A stretch of 64,000 nt of DNA from an uncultured Planctomycetota bacterium (GTDB lineage Bacteria > Planctomycetota > PLA2 > JAEUHO01): NCBI GenBank assembly GCA_963752285.1, contig CAVVXN010000005.1, forward strand, positions 288,001 to 352,000, given 5' to 3'. Of the stretch, positions 21,691 through 30,797 are shown piece by piece; the first letter of the stretch is position 1; each line of letters opens with the position of its first letter. The notes beneath the pieces are model-generated. The model did no database searches. It was given only the letters and a program-made list of their open reading frames with translations, and was not told the DNA's origin. The position numbers were made by a program, and so were the translations under genes.

Positions 21691-22721
21691 TGACCTGGCC
21701 GACGCCGGCGCGCCTGGAGATGCGGTTTCGCCGACGTTTCCTGGGGGCGCTGGTGGAGGGGGGGCGGCTGCGGGCCGAGACGCGGGCGCGGTTCCTCGCC
21801 TGGTCGAGGTCGGGGTTCTCGGTGGACGCGACGCACCGGGTGGCGGCCGGCGAACGGGAGCGGGCCGAGCGGCTGGCGCGCTACGCGACGCGGGTGGTGC
21901 TGGCGACGGGGAAGGTGAGGCGGCTCGAGGGGGGCCGGGTGCGGGTCGAGACCCCCCCCGACCCGTGGACGGGTCGGACGTGGCTCGAGCTGGACGAGCT
22001 CGAGCTCGTCCACGCAGTGTGCCAGCAGGTGCCGTCCCGGGGGCGGCACCTCGTCCACTACTACGGGGTGTACGCGAACCGGCTTCGCCGGGCGTTCCGG
22101 GCGGCGCGAGCGGCGCGAGCGGCGCGGGCGGGGGAGGAGGCGCCGACGGGTGGGGGGGCAGAGGGCCGGACGCCGGTCAAGCGGGGTCCGGAGGAGCGGG
22201 CCCCGGAGGCGTCGTCCGGGCCGACGTCGAGAGCCGCGTCCCTCAAGCGACAGGCGTGGGCGCGGCTCCTGAGGAAGGTGTTCGAGGTGGACCCGCTGCT
22301 CTGTCCGCGTTGCCAGGAGACGATGGAGATCGTGGCGTGGATCCTCGACCCGAAGACGGTGGACCGAATCCTCAGCCATCGGCGCGAGCGAGGGCTCGAG
22401 TCGGCGTTCGAGGGGCCGCCCGCGAGGGCGCCGCCGGCGGCGTAGGGCGAACGAAGAGACTTCGGGAGGAGGAGGGGGGCCGTCGGGAGAGGCCGTCGTG
22501 AGAGGCGGGCGGGAGCGGTACGTCCCCGCTGGACGCCCCGGGCCTTGCGAGAGGGACGCAGAGTGCCGAGAATCCGGGCATGGGCCCGTACGGCGCAGAT
22601 CCCGAGCGCGAGGAGGTGCGAAGCGGTCGACACAACCCTTGCGCGACCACGCGACGCCGCCCACGACGAGGATTCAATGTCCTATGCGTCGCCCACGACG
22701 AGGATTCAATGTCCAATGCGT
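21691..22721 (+). mobile_element. 5'-truncated ISCR-like copy 2 with tandemly duplicated ori terminus
   Basis: Near-identical to ~13950-14926; terminal 32 bp repeated at 22690-22721. Confidence 0.92.
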
Positions 22722-22848
22722 AAGCCGACGTGCTTGCCGCCCATCTCGATCGAGTACCAGAGATCCTGGTCTCCGTGGCGCCGGCAGGCCGGGCGCCGAG
22801 GAACAGGACGAGGAGGGGGAGGGCGGCAGGGAGTAGACGGCGTCTCAT
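22722..22848 (-). pseudogene. N-terminus of a secreted protein, cut off at the ori junction
   Basis: GGAG RBS, then MRRRLLPAALPLLVLFLGARPAGA signal peptide running straight into the ori. Confidence 0.6.
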
Positions 22849-22998
22849 CGGGATCTCCGGTTCCCTCTCGGGGGCGGCGCGCACCCTATCAGGGAGCCGA
22901 CGGGCGGGGTGCGGCCTCGGCCGTCGCGGCGATTGACAGGCGAGCCGGAAACTGGCAAGGTGCTCCTATTCTCGGACGAGTGGAGGAGGTGGATCTGT

Positions 22999-23601
22999 GC
23001 GTGTCTTGTCGAAGCTCGTGGTCGGCGGCATCGGCGTCGCCGGCGTCGTTGGGGTGTCGGGGAGATGAGGCTCGCCGGGGCGGCGAAGGACGCGCCGACC
23101 CGCATGACCTGCAAGGACCTGGGCGAGAAGGGCGCGGCGGAGAACGCCCACGTCCTCCTCACCGACTTCGTCCTGACCTCGGACATCGTGTACAAGACCA
23201 AGCGCACGGCGAGCAGCACGGCGAAGTGGACGAAGGTGTGGGTGCCGGCCGTCCCCTCCGACAGCCCCTACGCGAAGGCGATCGCGGCGGCCGGGGCCGA
23301 CGTCTCGAGCGTTCCCTTCCCCCGCCCGGTGAGAGTGATCGTCGTCAGCGACGACACGATGAACGAGGCGCAGCTCGCAGCGCTCGGCGCCCGGTCGAGC
23401 TCGACGGCATGGTCACGAACCTGATCCATTCCCTCGGCAGCGAGGAGCGAAAGCTCCTCGAGGAAGGCTACGGCGACGTCTCGAACGCGCAGATCTTTCG
23501 AGGTCGGACGCAAACCCGCGAAGACCGTCCTCGCTCTGCTCGCGATCGCCGCGGGCGGCTTGGCCGCGCTCGGCATCCTCGTCTCGTTCTTCCGCAAGTA
23601 G
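22999..23601 (+). pseudogene. Hypothetical membrane protein, frameshifted
   Basis: Coding-like sequence over several frames (EMRLAGAAKDAP...KWTKVWVP...ELDGMVTNLIHSL...C-terminal TM helix). Confidence 0.5.
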
Positions 23602-24032
23602 CGTCCCGCCGCGTAGCGTGCTCGGTCGGTCCGGCCGGGGCGGACGCTAGCGCCTTCGGCCTGGGGTGTCCGCGCGCATCATCCACCTTGCGTCGCGGAC
23701 GACGGTCCGAAAGCCACGAAGACCACGACGAACTCGAGTCGTCCCAGGAACATCCCCAGCGTCTCTATGCGTATGCGTACTACCGGATCATCCACCGGGT
23801 GACACAGCAGAGGCCGGAGGGTTGGGAGTGCGTCGCCCCAGATCCCAAGACAGTGGAATGGATCGACTTAGTGACATGTCAGAGGATCAGTTCAAGGCCT
23901 GGAAGAGTGCCAAGGAACTGGTGATACTGGATCGTCGCCTGTAGGAGCTGCATAAGGATTTCATGCGATGCACAGAACGACTCGAGTCTGCCTCTCCGTT
24001 CGTTCCCGCCTTGTGCGGCATCGTCGTCGCTA

Positions 24033-25000
24033 TTGGCTCGCTCCCTGCGGCTTACACTTCCACTCATCTTGGCAGTGGGCGCAGTACAATTACCTGCCTG
24101 CGGTAACAGGGCCGACTCCGGAGAGTCCGGCATGAGTTCTGGCGAGCAGGTTAATGGATCTGCATGCGGCGATCCGTCCGCTGGCCCGGCGCAAGCCACG
24201 ACGGAAGCGATTGGGCAAATCGATCGGAGCCTGGAGCGCGCCGATTCCGATACTCTCATGAAGCCGAGGCGCGTCTGCGGGAACTGGGTGACACGGGATT
24301 CAAGATGGCATGCTCGCACCTGGTCGAGTTGTTCTCGCCTGGGAATCAACTCCGGCGTCAGTACTGGATCGGGTTCTGTGTCGACTGGAGACGGGCCCTG
24401 CCCCTTGAAGTGTATGGCATGCTCGACAAGGTGCAACTTACGTACTACGACTGGGTGAACATCGTGCACACGCTGCCTGGTCACACGAGACGTGGGCTGT
24501 GGACCTGGCACTCCGCCTCCGGCAGCACGAAGCGAGCAGCATTCGGCTTCAGGCGGTGGAAGCCTTGCTGGAGTGTTGCGAGGCGCGAGTGCGCAAGGCG
24601 CTGCTTGAGTCGATTCAGAGTGATCCGTCGCCATCCGTTCGCTGGGAGGCGGCGAAGATCGGACTCAGTCCGTGCTTCGCAGGGACGCCTGAGGATCTGC
24701 ACTTCCTGAGCGTGGCGCTGGATGATCCCGATCCACTTGGGGCCGCCGCGGGCGCCGTGGAGAGCCTCTATGCGGTCGTTCCCCTCTCCTCGGCGCCCCG
24801 GGTACCGCGGATCCAGTTGCGCCGCTCGACGATGATGGGGTGCGTAGGATCTGGGCGAAGTGGCTGCATCAGAACGCAGCCCTACTGAAGTGGGACCCCG
24901 ATCGAAGGAAACTTTACATGCCGTAGCCGACGTCTGTGACGGAGGACTGCAATCGAACTACGCGTCGCAACACCTGACTGGGACCAGTCAGGGCCAGGAC
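24033..25000 (+). pseudogene. Lipoprotein-like HEAT-repeat protein, frameshifted (possible orphan immunity)
   Basis: Lipobox-like LPAC; IRLQAVEAL, DPSPSVRWEAA and LDDPDP repeats spread over three frames; lower GC. Confidence 0.5.
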
Positions 25001-25069
25001 GTACGATCAAGCGGATCGCGTGCTTTCCGAGCGGGGGCGGGATCTCGAATCCGCCGAGGTGCTGCTTCT

Positions 25070-26287
25070 CAAGCGGCTCCGGGGCCTGGTCGCGCGAGAC
25101 CGGGCGCTCCACGGGGTGATGGCGCGGGCCGCCTGGGAGGTGCTCCGCGAGAGCCTGTCCGAAGCCGCCTCTGAACGAGAGGGCGCTCCGGGGGCGGTGA
25201 TCTCGCTCCAGACGTTCGGGTCGTTCGGCGCGAACTTCCATCCCCACCTGCACGCGATCGTGACGGAGGGGGTGTTCACGAAGGACGGCCGGTTCCATCC
25301 CGTGATCTGGCCGACGCCGGCGCGCCTGGAGATGCGGTTTCGCCGACGTTTCCTGGGGGCGCTGGTGGAGGCGGGGCGGCTGCGGGCCGAGACGCGGGCG
25401 CGGTTCCTCGCCTGGTCGAGGTCGGGGTTCTCGGTGGACGCGACGCACCGGGTGGCGGCCGGCGAACGGGAGCGGGCCGAGCGGCTGGCGCGCTACGCGA
25501 CGCGGGTGGTGCTGGCGACGGGGAAGGTGAGGCGGCTCGAGGGGGGCCGGGTGCGGGTCGAGACCCCCCCCGACCCGTGGACGGGTCGGACGTGGCTCGA
25601 GCTGGACGAGCTCGAGCTCGTCCACGCAGTGTGCCAGCAGGTGCCGTCCCGGGGGCGGCACCTCGTCCACTACTACGGGGTGTACGCGAACCGGCTTCGC
25701 CGGGCGTTCCGGGCGGCGCGAGCGGCGCGAGGGCGCGGGCGGGGGAGGAGGCGCCGACGGGTGGGGGGGCAGAGGGCCGGACGCCGGTCAAGCGGGGTCC
25801 GGAGGAGCGGGCCCCGGAGGCGTCGTCCGGGCCGACGTCGAGAGCCGCGTCCCTCAAGCGACAGGCGTGGGCGCGGCTCCTGAGGAAGGTGTTCGAGGTG
25901 GACCCGCTGCTCTGTCCGCGTTGCCAGGAGACGATGGAGATCGTGGCGTGGATCCTCGACCCGAAGACGGTGGACCGAATCCTCAGCCATCGGCGCGAGC
26001 GAGGGCTCGAGTCGGCGTTCGAGGGGCCGCCCGCGAGGGCGCCGCCGGCGGCGTAGGTCGAACGAAGAGACTTCGGGAGGAGGAGGGGGGCCGTCGTGAG
26101 AGGCGGGCGGGAGCGGTACGTCCCCGTTGGCCGCCCCGGGCCTTGCGAGAGGGACGCAGAGTGCCGAGAATCCGGGCATGGGCCCGTACGGCGCAGATCC
26201 CGAGCGCGAGGAGGTGCGAAGCGGTCGACACAACCCTTGCGCGACCACGCGACGCCGCCCACGACGAGGATTCAATGTCCTATGCGT
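25070..26287 (+). mobile_element. 5'-truncated ISCR-like copy 3
   Basis: Near-identical to ~13716-14926; ends TCCTATGCGT. Confidence 0.92.
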
Positions 26288-26399
26288 CCGCTCTAAGAGT
26301 CCTTTCGCGCTGCGAATGACTCGGTGGTTCGCCATGCCGCGACACTCTAGCGAATCCCGTCGAGTACTTGACACGCCTGTCCTGCTCGCCCCGACTCCC

Positions 26400-26682
26400 G
26401 CCGGGTCAGGGAAGCCTTCCGAAGAAGGACGCTGGGCAGTTGATGCTGAGTTTGCAGTGGTTCGCAGAAAACTACGGCAACAGAACTGATGCCATTCCGG
26501 TCATCTTCGCAAGGAAGGCCATTGCCGAGCGACGAGCAGACTTCCCGGAGGGGACTCGCGTGGTCACTGACGAGAAGGCCACACTTCTCATGAACGCGCT
26601 AGCGGGACTGTGGAAAGGCCTAGTGAACGAGCCCCTCCTTTACCGCAATGCAAAGCAACTCGGCGAGAGGATCCGCGCACTC
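26400..26682 (+). pseudogene. Internal gene fragment, possibly a helicase/nuclease C-terminus
   Basis: KKDAGQLMLSLQWFAENY...PVIF...FPEGTRVVT; no start or stop of its own. Confidence 0.35.
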
Positions 26683-26922
26683 ACCCGGGGCCACGCCGAG
26701 GGGGACGACGTGGTCCACCTGCGTAGCGGGCTCGGTCAGCCCCCGGCGCGCGCATTCCCGGCAGAGGGGCTCCTCGCGCAGAACCTGGGCCCGCACGGCC
26801 TGCCAGCCGGCGGACCCGTGGATGCGGGCCACGACGGGGTCGCGGCGGGTGCGGTTGTACTCCGCGTCCGCATGGCGGCGGCTGCGTAGGATCCCAGCGA
26901 GCGTGCGCGGCTTCGAAGGCAT
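26683..26922 (-). pseudogene. Phage-type small HNH endonuclease, 3'-truncated
   Basis: W-x3-RAQVLREEPLCREC...ATQVDHVVP; lacks the NL-x-x-LC-x2-CH tail. Confidence 0.8.
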
Positions 26923-27198
26923 CGGTGCCTCGGCTCGCGCCGGCTGGGATCAGCGCCCTGGGAGCCTACCACGCCAGAGCGACGTGCAAACCCAGATGCC
27001 CTGCGGGCCAACCCTCCGAGCCGACATGCGCAGCGCGAACCTCGGCTCCGTTCCATCCGCGGCGCTCCATCCGCAGTGCGGTCAGCGCGGGGCCCTGATC
27101 AGATTGGAGTCGTGCGTGTCGTCGACTCATGGGCCTAAAGCCCATGGCTGAACGGCCTGAGGAGCGTACAATCCCTCCTGTGAATTGGGAGGTACCAC

Positions 27199-27546
27199 AT
27201 GCCGTTGAGAGGAGCCAAGGTCGTCGCTGTCGCGTTCGTCATGGCCGCCGGGACGCTTGCATTCGGAGCGGCCCTCTCCGTGTTGGCGGACTGCCCCAAC
27301 ATGGAGCCCCAGAAGCATCCGACAATCTCTTGGGGGTCGAACGTCAAGTGCGGCGACCCGCCGGAGCAGTGTGGGCAGAACTACTCCATTACCAACAACT
27401 GGGCGTGCGACCTGCCTTCCGACGACCACCGGTGCGTCCCGGGCGAGGTCGTGTTGGTGGAAGTGCACCAGTTCCGCTGTCCCTGCGCCGAGACGGTGAC
27501 CGAGATCAAGGGAGCGGGGCCGACAGCGCAGGTTTGCCCTCCGTAG
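27199..27546 (+). CDS. Small secreted cysteine-rich protein
   Basis: GGAGG RBS; signal peptide; 8 Cys in the mature part. Confidence 0.7.
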   Translation: MPLRGAKVVAVAFVMAAGTLAFGAALSVLADCPNMEPQKHPTISWGSNVKCGDPPEQCGQNYSITNNWACDLPSDDHRCVPGEVVLVEVHQFRCPCAETVTEIKGAGPTAQVCPP

Positions 27547-27567
27547 CCGTTAGATTGAGGGGCACCG

Positions 27568-28959
27568 ATGCCGCCTCGACCGCTTGCAAGCAGGCGCTCC
27601 CTCCGCGCGGTGGTTCTTGTGGTGGCACTCTCAGCGCTATTGTTCGGTCTCCTGCAGCAGCCAAACCCGGAAGCTCCACCGCCTCCCAACTTGGGTCAGC
27701 GACTCGACGCGGGCACCGGAGAGTCCCCGCGGCTTAGTTCTCCTCCGCGGACGCATCCTCCGGACGTCACCGAGTGCACATGGTTCTCCCGATGGGCATC
27801 ACTGGCACCCGATCCTAGAGAGGTTCCGCGCCTCCTAGTTGCCCTCCGCGCAGATGTTGCGCGCCGCACGCGCTGCCTACCGGACCCTTGGCTTCTACTC
27901 CTGACACGGGCTCGCTGTGACGGCACAGTTGAGATGCCTGCGCGGGAGGTCGATGCGTTGGGCGGGGCGTGGACCGAGCGCGGCCCGCGGAGCGCCGCGT
28001 GGGCTCTCGGCGCGGACACTGAGGGGTGCGTGCTGTCGCTTCTGGCCGAAACAGCGGATGCTGGTTCGCTGGCCCACATTCTCTCTGCATTAGGGGAGGC
28101 ATACTCCGGTGACGGCCTGCTGTCCCCCAACGAACGATTGATCGACCAAGCCGCACGTCTCCTCGCGCTCCGATCGCTCCACGATAGTGGGTACTGGACG
28201 GACTTCTGGAGCGGGATAGAGGACGGCGCGGCCGGAATCCACCTACGCCGCGCGATTTACGAGGCGGCGATTCGAGACGCAGATGAGCCAGCAATCGTCG
28301 ACAGGCTGCACTTTCTTGCTGATCTTGAACAGAGTGTGGGTGGATCCGCCTCGGCGAGTACCGCGCTGGCCGCGATGGGGATGGCCATGCAAGGCAGGTT
28401 AGACGCAAGCGTGATCTCGTCGGGGTTAGCGTGGGATCGAAGCGTCAACTGGAAACGAGCCTTGCTCTGGAGCATCGGCCCCGGGAACGGGTGGCCGGAG
28501 AAGCCCCTCCCATGGGATGGTCGGTCCAGCGAGATGATAGTGCGGTTCGTGCTGTCTGCCCCAGAGTCGCCGGGCGCACGCTACTATCGGCTGGAACTCG
28601 TCGAGCGGTTGTTTGAGGTTCTTGGCCCCATAGACGCAGCTCGGGCATTCACGTCGTATCGAGCGGACCCCTATGCCTCGGTCCCAGAGACAATAGAGTG
28701 GTTGTCTAGTGGCCTGCGATTCACGGGCGCTGAGACGCAGGGCGGCGGTCCGGCGTGGCGGTCGGCGCGCGCAACGGTCGATTCGGCTATTGGGTACATC
28801 TTGGAGGCGAACCGGTGGCGACTTGATTCGGTCATCGTCGCGTTGCTCGACAAGCCAGACTTCAAGCCGGCCGCTGGTGCTCGGGAGGCGTTGGTGCGCC
28901 TGCTCGATCGCGACCTGGACCTATTGGAACCCGGCACGCGGGCGCGCCTCGCTCACTGA
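27568..28959 (+). CDS. Hypothetical membrane-anchored protein
   Basis: 463-aa ORF, GAGGGG RBS, N-terminal TM helix, follows the Cys-rich gene. Confidence 0.65.
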   Translation: MPPRPLASRRSLRAVVLVVALSALLFGLLQQPNPEAPPPPNLGQRLDAGTGESPRLSSPPRTHPPDVTECTWFSRWASLAPDPREVPRLLVALRADVARRTRCLPDPWLLLLTRARCDGTVEMPAREVDALGGAWTERGPRSAAWALGADTEGCVLSLLAETADAGSLAHILSALGEAYSGDGLLSPNERLIDQAARLLALRSLHDSGYWTDFWSGIEDGAAGIHLRRAIYEAAIRDADEPAIVDRLHFLADLEQSVGGSASASTALAAMGMAMQGRLDASVISSGLAWDRSVNWKRALLWSIGPGNGWPEKPLPWDGRSSEMIVRFVLSAPESPGARYYRLELVERLFEVLGPIDAARAFTSYRADPYASVPETIEWLSSGLRFTGAETQGGGPAWRSARATVDSAIGYILEANRWRLDSVIVALLDKPDFKPAAGAREALVRLLDRDLDLLEPGTRARLAH

Positions 28960-29479
28960 GAGCCCAGGTAGTGGTCATCGGCCTCGAGTCCAGAGTAGAC
29001 GCCGCGCGCGTAGAGCTCGCGGTTGCGGTGGACCCAGCGGTGCTGCTTCTCAGTTCGAACGGGACATTTCGTTCGAGTTCTCGGCAGCCGGTCGGTGCGG
29101 GATGCGGGCTGCGGCCCGCGTGAGCGGAGTACCCACGAAGGTGCCGGGGGTGTGGCGGCGCGACAGGGGGGCAAAGAGCGAGGCGGGTCAGGCGCAGACG
29201 ACGCATCGTCGCGCGCGGTTCCCGGCGAGGCGTCGAGCTCGGGCGTCGGCGCGGTGGGCGGCGAGGCGGTCGGGCACGCCTAACGTACACCGCCGCCCCC
29301 GAATGCGAGGTCGATACTTCGGTCGCTGGGGGAGTGAGGAGAGCAAGCCGGCAGGAGAACCCAGGCTCCTCCACGGTGCCGCGCAGATCGACCCGCTGAC
29401 GGCTCGTCTCGGCGACGGCGCGGCGTGCGCGGCGCGTCGCATCCCGGGAGACATCGTTGGGGGACTCACCAAGCGCAGC

Positions 29480-29622
29480 GGACACGGGGAGGCGCTCGAC
29501 GCCGTCTCCCGCGAGATCCAGGTCTCGACTGCCCGCCTGGCCCAGTGGCGGGACGATTTCCTCGCCGCGGGCCAGGTCGGCCTGAAGAGCCGTGAGCCCG
29601 ACGCTCGGGATGAGGAGATCGG
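29480..29622 (+). pseudogene. IS3-family OrfA-like HTH fragment
   Basis: GEALDAVSREIQVSTARLAQWRDDFLAAGQVGLKSREPDARDEEI. Confidence 0.6.
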
Positions 29623-29903
29623 CTCGGTTCTTCGCCACTCCAGGGGTGGTTTAGACCTCGTCTTCGACCCAAGGGCTGGCGCTGACTTGCCGAACGTCCA
29701 CCACCTCGATCCCTGCTCGAAGTGATGCGGTAGGCCTTCGGCACAACCGCACCGCCCCGCGCTCTATCCGCGAGGGAGCAGGCAGTGTCTGGTCCAGGTC
29801 GCATTCGAGCCGCCCGACTACCGCGCCAGCATCGCAATCGCTGCCGCCGCCGCCACCCCAACGACCCAGGCCCCGCCGGTCCCGGAGAGGCGGGGTTGTC
29901 ACT

Positions 29904-30503
29904 TGTACGCGAACCGGCTTCGCCGGGCGTTCCGGGCGGCGCGAGCGGCGCGGGCGGGGGAGGAGGCGCCGACGGGTGGGGGGGCAGAGGGCCGGACGCC
30001 GGTCAAGCGGGGTCCGGAGGAGCGGGCCCCGGAGGCGTCGTCCGGGCCGACGTCGAGAGCCGCGTCCCTCAAGCGACAGGCGTGGGCGCGGATCCTGAGG
30101 AAGGTGTTCGAGGTGGACCCGCTGCTCTGTCCGCGTTGCCAGGAGACGATGGAGATCGTGGCGTTGATCCTCGACCCGAAAACGGTGGACCGAATCCTCA
30201 GCCATCGGCGCGAGCGAGGGCTCGAGTCGGCGTTCGAGGGGCCGCCCGCGAGGGCGCCGCCGGCGGCGTAGGGCGAACGAAGAGACTTCGGGAGGAGGAG
30301 AGGGGCCGTCGTGTGGAGGCGGGCGGGAGCGGTACGTCCCCGTTGGCCGCCCCGGGCCTTGCGAGAGGGACCCAGAGTGCCGAGAATCCGGGCATGGGCC
30401 CGTACGGCGCAGATCCCGAGCGCGAGGAGGTGCGAAGCGGTCGACACAACCCTTGCGCGACCACGCGACGCCGCCCACGACGAGGATTCAATGTCCTATG
30501 CGT
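29904..30503 (+). mobile_element. 5'-truncated ISCR-like copy 4
   Basis: Near-identical to ~14328-14926; ends TCCTATGCGT. Confidence 0.92.
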
Positions 30504-30777
30504 CGTCCCCGGGGAGGACCTCGACGGGGCGGGGGCCGGTCCGCGCGGCGCCGCGCCGTCGGTCGCCTCGCCCGCGCGCCCCGAGGCGGGCCTCCTCGAC
30601 GGACACGACCTCCCGCCCGGCGTCCCGCCGCCCGCGAGCGCCGAGGACGCCGCCGCGCTCCGGCTCGCGTTCGACCTCCAGCGGCGGATCGAGGGGCCGA
30701 GCACGGCGCTCCAGGGCGAGCCGATCCACCAGGGCGAGCGCGTCGGCGCGGCGCCGCACCTCCCGACGAGCGACGCG
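30504..30777 (+). repeat. Diverged 274-bp copy of the cysteine desulfurase N-terminal region (11554-11827)
   Basis: Colinear and gap-free by eye, about 22 substitutions (~92% identity); starts exactly at the ori end. Confidence 0.92.
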
Positions 30778-30797
30778 TGGACCCGTGCGGAGCGCGG

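Noticed and set aside
23765..23780. TATGCGTATGCGT resembling the ori terminus
   Set aside because: Lacks the upstream GAGGATTCAATGTCC and lies in a YAYAYY coding stretch.
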